Shown here piece by piece: positions 43,916 to 52,435 of a DNA stretch of 64,000 nucleotides. Location: the IMG/VR virus record IMGVR_UViG_3300047198_000026, positions 1-64,000 of that record; one strand, 5' to 3'. The notes beneath the pieces were generated by a model. That model had not been told where the DNA came from. It worked only from the letters and a program-made list of their open reading frames with translations, and made no database searches. The translations under genes and the position numbers were made by a program. The stretch's first letter is position 1, and every line of letters begins with the position of its first letter. Source of the stretch: a virus.

Positions 43916-44335
43916 ATGGACAATAAATATGTAGCAGGCTTGTTTGATGGAGAAGGGTACATAACAATATCTAGGTATAAAAGACCAGAAACCGGTACCA
44001 TGCACTATAGTCCTCAAATTGGAATATCAATGTGTTGGAAACCAACTCTAGAAGAGATGAAAGAACAGTTTGGTGGGTCTCTTCGTAAGCACAAGTTGTT
44101 GAAAGGGAAGACGATCTGGAGATGGGTAATCTATAATGGACAGGCCAAGAACTTTTTAGAAGTCATCCTACCTGAACTAAGGGAAAAGAGGTCTCAGGCA
44201 GTTCTAATTATGGATTATTATATAAATCTTGAATCTAGGGGTAAGTCTAAAATTCGGTTATCCGAGTCTGAAGTTGGAACTAGAGAGAAGTACTATCGCG
44301 ATCTCAAAGGTCTAAAGAAAATGGAGTGGGTGTAA
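43916..44335 (+). CDS. LAGLIDADG homing endonuclease (free-standing)
   Basis: YVAGLFDGEGYI...FGG...WRW...ILPELREKRSQA. Confidence 0.85.
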   Translation: MDNKYVAGLFDGEGYITISRYKRPETGTMHYSPQIGISMCWKPTLEEMKEQFGGSLRKHKLLKGKTIWRWVIYNGQAKNFLEVILPELREKRSQAVLIMDYYINLESRGKSKIRLSESEVGTREKYYRDLKGLKKMEWV

Positions 44336-45057
44336 TGTCCTGGCAGAAGGCATGGCCAAAGGTCTGGGCAGCGGCTGCCACATGTGCTGTTGATGTAGTT
44401 AGTGGAAGCACAGAGCAGATACGGGCCAACTGGAAAGCAATAGAAGACTGGACTAAGAAGGGTCACTATAATATGGACAACGTGACCAGCGCTGGAGCCC
44501 ACGTATTGGGACAAGTAGGAACTCTGGCAGTGTCCTCTACCTCTCAAATTGCTACCATATCAGCCCCGGGAACGGGAGCATGGGCTTGGGATACAACGAA
44601 AGGGGAATTACAGATTCTAACGTCAGGAGGAGTTTGGGAAAGTGCCACCGCTTCAGCCTTCTCAAGAGTGAGAAAAGTCCATACGGGGATTTCAATACCA
44701 GATTCAATTTGGACATCAGTACCTTGGTATGACTCTACTGCTCAAAGAACCTACGACGGACTATCCGAATTTGGAAGTTATACAGTATTTACTGCAATTA
44801 ACGCTGGTTACTATTTAGTTCGAGCATCTGCCCACTGGGCTGCTGCTACAACCGATTACCAAAAAGCTATTGGGATTTTTAATGGTGCCTATGCTACTGC
44901 AATAGGAAGACGGTTTAGTAGGTGGAAGAGGACCACTTCGGTAGTTGATGTTGTTCAGATGGCTGTAGGTGACCAACTCTCAATAAAGTGTTGGCAAAAT
45001 AGTGGGGTAGCCTCTAGTATTGATGAGGCTAAATTGAGCATCACGAGGTTGAGTTAA
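44335..45057 (+). CDS. Virion appendage protein with C1q-like C-terminal domain (paralog 1)
   Basis: ANWKAIEDW...H...H; FTAINAGYYLV...VQMAVGDQLSI. Confidence 0.65.
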   Translation: MSWQKAWPKVWAAAATCAVDVVSGSTEQIRANWKAIEDWTKKGHYNMDNVTSAGAHVLGQVGTLAVSSTSQIATISAPGTGAWAWDTTKGELQILTSGGVWESATASAFSRVRKVHTGISIPDSIWTSVPWYDSTAQRTYDGLSEFGSYTVFTAINAGYYLVRASAHWAAATTDYQKAIGIFNGAYATAIGRRFSRWKRTTSVVDVVQMAVGDQLSIKCWQNSGVASSIDEAKLSITRLS

Positions 45058-45058
45058 A

Positions 45059-45775
45059 ATGAGCTGGGACGCAAGTGTACCTATTAGTGGAACACGAATT
45101 GTTGATATCCCTACTGTACATGGAGCTAATTGGACTGCCATTTCAGACACTTGGGGATTGGAGCATCAAGTATGGTCAGTGGTTGCATCAGGACGACATA
45201 AGCCAGGAATATCTGGGTTAGTTGGTTCTATAGCATCTTCGGCATTACCCCTAACTGCTGAGGAAGGATGTGTGGTTCTTGATGATGCCTCCTCTGGAGT
45301 GGGATGGGTTTATTCTGGGGGCAAATGGCAAATGCCCTCCTCAGGATTTGCCACCGTTCGTGTACATGTTTATAGAGGAACTAACCAGACCATATCCGCG
45401 GGAACTACTGCCACAGTGGGATTTTCCACCTCAGGAGTGGACAGTATGGCATCATTTAATACTACAACGTTTACCTTTACATCTCCCGCAGACGGCTACT
45501 ATCTAGTGAATCCCGTAATCAGTCTCACTCCAGATGTGGCAAACAAAGCAGTTTACCTTCAGGTTCAACATCTGGATTCTCTAGGTACTATTCGGTATAC
45601 AGTAACAGAGAGCAAAGGGACTTTGTCCACAGATGAATTCAGCATGGAGGTTTCACCCGTTCTTTATCTATCAGCAGGAGATTTGATTAAGATAACATTC
45701 TATCATAATTCAACGTCAATGGCCATTCAGGGAGGAGCAGAACGCACCTTCCTTGATATTTACCGTATGTCATAA
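45059..45775 (+). CDS. Virion appendage protein with C1q-like domain (paralog 2)
   Basis: ANWTAISDTW..EH...SGRH; FTSPADGYYLV...LYLSAGDLIKI. Confidence 0.7.
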   Translation: MSWDASVPISGTRIVDIPTVHGANWTAISDTWGLEHQVWSVVASGRHKPGISGLVGSIASSALPLTAEEGCVVLDDASSGVGWVYSGGKWQMPSSGFATVRVHVYRGTNQTISAGTTATVGFSTSGVDSMASFNTTTFTFTSPADGYYLVNPVISLTPDVANKAVYLQVQHLDSLGTIRYTVTESKGTLSTDEFSMEVSPVLYLSAGDLIKITFYHNSTSMAIQGGAERTFLDIYRMS

Positions 45776-45784
45776 GGAGTGTAA

Positions 45785-47650
45785 ATGTCCTTATTTAGAA
45801 CAGGATATCCGTCATCTATCCACAAAATATATGAAATTCCTGGTGTAACCCAAGAAAACTTTGATGCTATAGAAGACTGGTCTGGTATTGAGCATTCAAG
45901 TTTGACCTCTGCTTCTTCTGGGCAACATGTGGCTGGGGGAGCAGGAGTCGTTTATGTGGGTAAAACACTGGACATTTCTGAATTATCTCCGGCCTCTGGG
46001 GCTATGGTTAGGAATCGTCAGACGGGTACCTTTGGGAAATACGACGGATTAGACTTCTATGGGATATGGGCAAATAAGTACTCTCGGGCTCGGGCCACCT
46101 TGTCAGGGGCGGTATTTCCCCTAACGGCAGACTGGCAAGGTAGGTTTGACTGTAACCAGATTTTGTGGGACTCCTTACATGAATTTCACATTGATCCAGC
46201 GGACGCATTATCTGGATCATTTACTCCCTGTGCCGATGGGTTCTATCATGTTATTGCTAGTTTTGCCATCTCAGCAGCTAATACACAAGTAACAACTAAC
46301 ACATCACGACCCTCTGGAAATGGAACTGTACAGTGGATTCCCAGTGGATATGGGGTAGGTTATAATTATAAGAACGTGTGGGAATATCCTAGTGTTAGCG
46401 ACGAAATGCACTATTTTAATGAGTCAGCAACATCTGGAGTATATGATTCCTTTAATCTATCTCCCGCAGCCACTGGAGGACCTGCAGGATCTTCTTCTGT
46501 TGTTATAGGAGCAACTTGGAGAGTTCGGCTTCGGAATGGAAGTTGTGCTTGTAATAATACGTGTTACCATGATATTACCACCTGCACTTGTAATAATTCC
46601 TGCTATGAAGATACGGCCTGCACCTCCTGTGATATGACATGTTACCAACAGGGAAGTTGCACATGTAATAACTCGTGCTATGGTCAGGCTGGATGTACCT
46701 GTAATAACACCTGTTATAGCCAAACGTGCACGACCTGTAATGCCACCTGTTATAGTCAAACGTGCACATGTAATTATACCTTATATGGACCTCATTGTAA
46801 CACATGCTACATTACGTGCTATTGGTTTGCTTGGTGCAAAGGTGATCAGAGCTGCACCTGTAATAATACCTGTTATGGGGGATTCACCTGCACCTGTAAT
46901 AATTCATGCTATGGACAATCCTGTACCTGTAATAGCACTTGTTATCAACAGCAATGTGCCTCTTGTTATAATACTTGTTATGGGTATAGTGGATCTTGCA
47001 CCTGTAATAGTTCGTGTTATGGACAAGGCTCTTGCACTTGTAATAATTCTTGCTATGGTGATACCCCTTGTTCCTGTGATGTAACCACCTACGGGTATTC
47101 TCATTCGTGTGAATGTGATGCGTCTCAGTATCTAGGAGTTTTCCAAATTGCTCCTGAGATATATGATTCCGCTTTAGGTTGGGCAAGGGGGACACTAACA
47201 TCCATAGCTGGAACAGCATATGGAGAATATACATATGTATGGGACACTGACCCTTTTAGAACCGCCGACTGGACAGCTGAGACTGCCTCAGGAATTACAA
47301 GTATAGCATATCGCCTGTTTACTCCCTACACGGCTGCCTGTGGAGTGTCGGCTGATGTGAGCCAATTTTATTTAAGCCAATCTTGGTTTCCTGTAAGACC
47401 CGTGTTGCGTTTGCAGATAGTAACGAATGAAGCAAATGCGTCCTCTTCGGTGGTGGCCCAGACTCAAGAGACCATTGCAGAAGCAGGGGCAGAAAGTTAT
47501 CAAACTGTCTCTCTATCCACTATAGTTCCTCTCAAAGGCGGAGACAGGCTTAGTTTTAAGGTTAGGAAAACCCGAATTGATGATATGAGTACAAATAATT
47601 ATGCCTATTCCTTTGTGAGTGTGCATCGGTTAGGGGGTCAGTGGATTTAA
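45785..47650 (+). CDS. Virion appendage protein with C1q-like domain interrupted by a Cys-rich repeat insert (paralog 3)
   Basis: ENFDAIEDW..IEH...SGQH; FTPCADGFYHV...[insert]...VPLKGGDRLSF. Confidence 0.75.
   Translation: MSLFRTGYPSSIHKIYEIPGVTQENFDAIEDWSGIEHSSLTSASSGQHVAGGAGVVYVGKTLDISELSPASGAMVRNRQTGTFGKYDGLDFYGIWANKYSRARATLSGAVFPLTADWQGRFDCNQILWDSLHEFHIDPADALSGSFTPCADGFYHVIASFAISAANTQVTTNTSRPSGNGTVQWIPSGYGVGYNYKNVWEYPSVSDEMHYFNESATSGVYDSFNLSPAATGGPAGSSSVVIGATWRVRLRNGSCACNNTCYHDITTCTCNNSCYEDTACTSCDMTCYQQGSCTCNNSCYGQAGCTCNNTCYSQTCTTCNATCYSQTCTCNYTLYGPHCNTCYITCYWFAWCKGDQSCTCNNTCYGGFTCTCNNSCYGQSCTCNSTCYQQQCASCYNTCYGYSGSCTCNSSCYGQGSCTCNNSCYGDTPCSCDVTTYGYSHSCECDASQYLGVFQIAPEIYDSALGWARGTLTSIAGTAYGEYTYVWDTDPFRTADWTAETASGITSIAYRLFTPYTAACGVSADVSQFYLSQSWFPVRPVLRLQIVTNEANASSSVVAQTQETIAEAGAESYQTVSLSTIVPLKGGDRLSFKVRKTRIDDMSTNNYAYSFVSVHRLGGQWI
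46544..47131 (+). repeat. 16 degenerate C-x(1,2)-C-x3-[C/x]-Y repeats (46 Cys in 196 aa)
   Basis: Manual count; consensus CTCNNSCY. Confidence 0.95.
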
Positions 47651-49293
47651 TGACTACTTCTAATATTCTAAGTCAATTAGGACAAGTTCTCTCCCAAGCA
47701 GGGGCTTCACAGAATGCCCCCTTAATTATAGACAAATTTAATATAGGGTTGGTGGATGAGGAAGTCCTTTCGAAGTACCAATACAGTCCACAGGCCTGTG
47801 TTGATTGTCAGGATGTAGAGTTATTTCCTAGGGGTACTCTTAGTAGAAGGAAGGGTTTTGATAAATTAAATTCAGCTCCTTGGTATAATGCACCCATCAA
47901 TAAAATATTTCAATGGCAGACTATAGATGGAGTAAGCCTATTCCTTGCCTTTTGTCCAGCATCAGGGTCCACTAGCGCGGATATCGGCTCAATTACGATT
48001 ACAGGCTCTTTTGTCCTTACTCCGATATTATCTGTGTCTTCTGCGTCTGCAAGTTGGGATCCAGAATGGACGGATGTAATTTCAGTAACAGCCTATTCGG
48101 GCTCTGCTGTATTTGTTTATCCAAATACTGAGGTGCCATACGCTTGGAGTGGGCAGGCTGGTTCATTGGTTGAATCCTTATCGGCCTCTTCTCCAAGTGG
48201 AGCAAAATATTGTGCGAGTTATGGAAATCACCTTTTATTAGCTAATGTTTTAGATGTTAACGGAACTCGTCGGGGATCTAGAGTGGTGTGGTGTTATCCG
48301 GGCAATCCCGGTTATTGGCCTGCTACCTACTATCTAGATTTTGATGCCGATGATGGAGACGAGATAACCTCAATTTCATCTTTGGGTAACTTGGTAGTCG
48401 TACAGAAAGAGACAAAGACTTTTGTAATGCACTACACTGGTGATGTGGACATATTTAAAGGGGAAAGGATATCAACATCTACTGGGTGTGTGGCCCATAA
48501 TTCTGCAAGAGAATTTAAAGGGGTATTATACTTCTTGGCAGTGGACGGAGTTTATAAATTTGATGGTGTTTCCCCTCCAGTAGAATTGTCAGGAAACATT
48601 AGAAACCACTTTAAGCAGTTGAACAATCAATACCGGCATATGAGCCAGACGACTGTTTTTCCTGATAAGGACCAGGTTTGGGTGTCTGTTCCCTATGGAT
48701 CCTCTATATTTCTAAATAGGATCTACGTTCTAGATTTTGTACAATCGGCCTGGACTAAGTTTAACATCTCCTGTGCATCCTTGAGCCTTATTCGATATGG
48801 AGCCAACTTGGCTTATGAAAACTTTCCCTTGGATTATGGAAACTATGACTTAAAGATAGGAGACGCATATGGGGCTCGATCGGAGATCATTGTTACTGGA
48901 ACCTATGACGGATTTATCAATAGGTATGGATTATTTAATACGGATAATGGAGTCCCTGTCATAGCCTATTGGACTAGCTGCTGGCTAGATTTTGGGATGC
49001 CCAACTACAATAAGAGAGTTGTCAGGGGGACTGTCTGGTTAGAGAAGGAAGGAGATTATGACCTATCTGTTTTTGTCTTTGCTGACTGGGACGATGTCAC
49101 TCCTATTAAGACATTTACTGTATCTCTGTCAAGTACTGTTCCAACTATCGAGAAAAGACTTGACTTCACTAGGAACTTACGATCCTTTCAATTTACTGTC
49201 ACTACTTCTGGGGCTACGGCCTCTGGATCTCCTTTTAGGATTCATAAGATGGCTTGGGATTGGGTACCCAAGGGGAGGACTCAGGTCAAATGA
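47641..49293 (+). CDS. Tail nozzle / DNA-stabilisation protein (tubular protein B or P22 gp10-like)
   Basis: 550 aa beta-rich; GTLSRRKG, GCVAHNS, LYFLAVDGVY; precedes the ejection proteins. Confidence 0.75.
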   Translation: MDLMTTSNILSQLGQVLSQAGASQNAPLIIDKFNIGLVDEEVLSKYQYSPQACVDCQDVELFPRGTLSRRKGFDKLNSAPWYNAPINKIFQWQTIDGVSLFLAFCPASGSTSADIGSITITGSFVLTPILSVSSASASWDPEWTDVISVTAYSGSAVFVYPNTEVPYAWSGQAGSLVESLSASSPSGAKYCASYGNHLLLANVLDVNGTRRGSRVVWCYPGNPGYWPATYYLDFDADDGDEITSISSLGNLVVVQKETKTFVMHYTGDVDIFKGERISTSTGCVAHNSAREFKGVLYFLAVDGVYKFDGVSPPVELSGNIRNHFKQLNNQYRHMSQTTVFPDKDQVWVSVPYGSSIFLNRIYVLDFVQSAWTKFNISCASLSLIRYGANLAYENFPLDYGNYDLKIGDAYGARSEIIVTGTYDGFINRYGLFNTDNGVPVIAYWTSCWLDFGMPNYNKRVVRGTVWLEKEGDYDLSVFVFADWDDVTPIKTFTVSLSSTVPTIEKRLDFTRNLRSFQFTVTTSGATASGSPFRIHKMAWDWVPKGRTQVK

Positions 49294-49493
49294 AAGTGGC
49301 AATACGAAGAGTGTCTGAGTGGGCCTCAGGGAATCTTGACAACCTGAACAGTATTCTTCTTGAGCATGAGCATGCTATTAACGCGAATACATTTGGAACC
49401 TATGTATCCTGTGCCGGAGCATCTGGTGTGTCTATCGGGTACATTGCTATAAAAGACGATACAGGCACAACTAGGTTTATACCAGTATGGTAA
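49290..49493 (+). CDS. Small tail-associated protein
   Basis: ATGA overlap; GYIAIK...RFIPVW. Confidence 0.55.
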   Translation: MKVAIRRVSEWASGNLDNLNSILLEHEHAINANTFGTYVSCAGASGVSIGYIAIKDDTGTTRFIPVW

Positions 49494-49513
49494 GTAATAA
49501 AATTTAAAAAAGG

Positions 49514-50713
49514 GTGATTAAAATGGGAGATTATGATATGGGATCTTGGGATGTGGGTATTGATTATCAACCTCAATATGATTGGAGTCAATACGCTTTC
49601 GATCCATATGCTGGATACGGATATGATACAGGAGAGGCTGCTCCAATAGACTGGAGCCAGTATATGAATCAGCCTACAGACACTTCCTCGATGGAAAACT
49701 ACATTGGTGATTATACCGGAGGAGGAGGAACTCCCATTCCAGGTTATGTTTCTACCCAAGGGATTGGTGGGGGTGGAGGAGTGTATGGTGCTGCTGATGC
49801 TGCGGGTGGAGGAATTGGTCAGTATGCCAATTTAGCAACAACCATAGCCGGAATTTTGGCCAAACTAAAGGGTGGAACTGGCACAAAAAGCACCGGCACT
49901 AACCAAGCTGCCGGTGCTATTCAATACCCTCCCCAGAAGGCTGCCGGATTGCAAGGAGCCCAGCAGGCCATTAGTAATTTGAGGATTCCAGGAGTTAATC
50001 AGGTCGATTTGGCCTCTTTGCTTGGACTAGGTCAAAAGAACCTTACCACTATGCAGCAGCAAGTTATTGATCCAACGACATATTTAGCCCAACATGGAGC
50101 CCAGTTTGTTGACCCAACCCAGTATCAAAATATGGTTAATATGGCTAACAAGATGTATGGCCCTGATTACTTGAGACAACAGATTGCTCCTTTAATGAGT
50201 AATGCTGGAATTACAGGTGGGGCAGACTTAAGTAGAGTGGTTGATCAATCATCCAATATAAATCAAATGAGAAACCAGGCCATTATGACTGCCTTACAAA
50301 ATCAAGCAGGGGCAACAACTCAACAGAATATTCTTAACCAGTCAGCAAAAACAGGAGCCATGGGAGCCCTTCCTGGATTCCTTGGACAACAGGCTGGTTT
50401 AGTTTCAGACCCATATAGCCAAGCTTTAAATATGTCAACTGCTGGGGGACAAATGACCTTGGCTGACTTTTTAGCCTTGGCCAATGCGTCATCCCCAACG
50501 GGCAGTACCCAAGCCGGAACTCAAACTCAGGCATATGGTCAACAGAATCTTCTCCAACAGTTAGGACAACTTCTGTCTTCAACAGGGGCAGCAGGTTCAG
50601 TTCAGCAACAGGGACAGTGGAATCCAGTAACGGGACAATACCAATATCCCCCACAGCAACAGCAGACTAGTGTAATTAGTTCACTGCTTAGCGCACTTGG
50701 ACTAGGGGGCTAA
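49514..50713 (+). CDS. Putative internal virion/ejection protein
   Basis: Gly/Gln/Ala-rich, Cys-free; position after nozzle. Confidence 0.6.
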   Translation: MIKMGDYDMGSWDVGIDYQPQYDWSQYAFDPYAGYGYDTGEAAPIDWSQYMNQPTDTSSMENYIGDYTGGGGTPIPGYVSTQGIGGGGGVYGAADAAGGGIGQYANLATTIAGILAKLKGGTGTKSTGTNQAAGAIQYPPQKAAGLQGAQQAISNLRIPGVNQVDLASLLGLGQKNLTTMQQQVIDPTTYLAQHGAQFVDPTQYQNMVNMANKMYGPDYLRQQIAPLMSNAGITGGADLSRVVDQSSNINQMRNQAIMTALQNQAGATTQQNILNQSAKTGAMGALPGFLGQQAGLVSDPYSQALNMSTAGGQMTLADFLALANASSPTGSTQAGTQTQAYGQQNLLQQLGQLLSSTGAAGSVQQQGQWNPVTGQYQYPPQQQQTSVISSLLSALGLGG

Positions 50714-50734
50714 TTAAATAGAAGAGGTGTAATT

Positions 50735-52426
50735 ATGGCAAATACAGTACCAACAACTGGAGATAATATGTATGGATGGCCTGGAGTAGGTCAATCAAAC
50801 ACTCCTTTATTACAAGAAATGCTATGGAATGCCATCAAGGGTTCCCTATCAGAAATGGGGAAACCCCCACAGGGAGGGGCTTATACTTTACCAGGTCCTC
50901 CTACTCCTCCGGTGGCTCCAGTAGCGCCAGTAGCTCCTACTCCGATAGCTCCTCCTGTTATAAAACAACAGGTGAGAACTCCGGCTCAGAAGACAGCAGC
51001 AGCTGCTCTTGCGGCCCCAGGGGGAGTTCCCTCTACACCTGATAAGCTACCGCCTGCCACTGAAGTACCAAAACCTGCTCCAGCGCCTGAGATTCCCTAT
51101 GGAGGATTGCCTGGTGAACTTCCACCCGAACCAGATGTGGCCGGTAGAATAACCAAGGCCTATGAACAGGCCTATCCAGAGAACCTTGAAGACGTCTTGC
51201 CCAGACAGTCGAGGCCAGCAGGTGGAATGGGAGATTGGCTTACTAATATGTCTATGGCTGCAGCCGGTCAGGATCCCGTAGCCTATAGGCGTCAGCAACA
51301 GTCAGAGGATGAGGCCAAATGGACTCAGGCAGTTAATTACAAATTGCAAAGGTCCAAGGGGCAATATGACTTGGAAATGAAGAAAGCCGATATGGATATG
51401 CAAAAATATGAGAGGACGAAGCAGGATGCTCTGGCCTTATTGACCCAGCAGTATAATGCTGATCCCGAGAGGGCTATGAAAAGTGAGAAGTGGGTTAGCG
51501 ACTTCTCCAGAATACACATGCCCGGGGCCACTCCTGAACAGATTAAAGACTATGTTAATACCAGAAAGGACCCCAAGACGGGTCAATTAGTTGGTCCTAG
51601 AAATGCTTCTGAGAAATGGGCCGATGATACCTTTGGAAAGTATGTTGCCATGAAGAGCATGTTCCCAGATATGGATGATGGGTCAGTTAAAGCCTTGGCT
51701 GCTGGAATACAGGGATATAATGCTATGGAGCAAGAGTATCAGAAAAGGCGTAAGGAATTAATGAAGCAGACAGATAGTGCTTCTAAGAAAAAGAAGCTTG
51801 ATCAGCTTGATGAGGATTATAGTGACTATGTGGAGGCCACGAAGGGATTACGGAATAAAGACCTTTTGGCAATGCAGAAACTTGCTGCACAATCTCAGGC
51901 CAGTTTTTATAGGGCCCAAAAGGACCTAGCTGATGCCCAACTCAAGCAGTGGAAAGCCCCCCCTGTGAGTGCCCAGATTTTAGCCTTGGCAGATCCCTCA
52001 ATCAAGGATCCTACTATGGGGGCTATGACAGCTCAAACATACATGAAGGGGGCTCAAACAGCTATTCCAAAGGTGTATAAAGCTACAGTTGGAAAACTGA
52101 ATTTAAATAAGGAAATTTTTACCCCTACTGAACATGAATCCCTATACACTATGGGAAAAGGGTCGCGTATGTGGTTGATTCAAGGAATGATGACAGCCGC
52201 GATTCCTCCAGCTGAGAAACAGAAACTTTGGAAGCAGCTTGGATGGCCGGCCAACGATTTCGAATACTATAAATTATCTCAAAAGGATAAAAATCTTTAT
52301 TTGGCTGAGTCTCAATATGCCTATCAATTATTGCAGGAGGCTGATGCCAAGCCTGATGAGGTAATCAGGGGTATTATCAATTATGGACAGGTACTCCGAG
52401 GGGGTGCGCCCCTCCCAACAAAATAA
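50735..52426 (+). CDS. Putative internal virion/ejection protein
   Basis: Pro-rich N-terminus then helical; position. Confidence 0.6.
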   Translation: MANTVPTTGDNMYGWPGVGQSNTPLLQEMLWNAIKGSLSEMGKPPQGGAYTLPGPPTPPVAPVAPVAPTPIAPPVIKQQVRTPAQKTAAAALAAPGGVPSTPDKLPPATEVPKPAPAPEIPYGGLPGELPPEPDVAGRITKAYEQAYPENLEDVLPRQSRPAGGMGDWLTNMSMAAAGQDPVAYRRQQQSEDEAKWTQAVNYKLQRSKGQYDLEMKKADMDMQKYERTKQDALALLTQQYNADPERAMKSEKWVSDFSRIHMPGATPEQIKDYVNTRKDPKTGQLVGPRNASEKWADDTFGKYVAMKSMFPDMDDGSVKALAAGIQGYNAMEQEYQKRRKELMKQTDSASKKKKLDQLDEDYSDYVEATKGLRNKDLLAMQKLAAQSQASFYRAQKDLADAQLKQWKAPPVSAQILALADPSIKDPTMGAMTAQTYMKGAQTAIPKVYKATVGKLNLNKEIFTPTEHESLYTMGKGSRMWLIQGMMTAAIPPAEKQKLWKQLGWPANDFEYYKLSQKDKNLYLAESQYAYQLLQEADAKPDEVIRGIINYGQVLRGGAPLPTK

Positions 52427-52435
52427 GGGGTTAAT

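Noticed and set aside
34990-47131. CRISPR array or diversity-generating retroelement behind the repeats
   Set aside because: Repeats are in-frame coding units without spacers; I saw no cas gene, reverse transcriptase or adenine-specific TR/VR pair in the window
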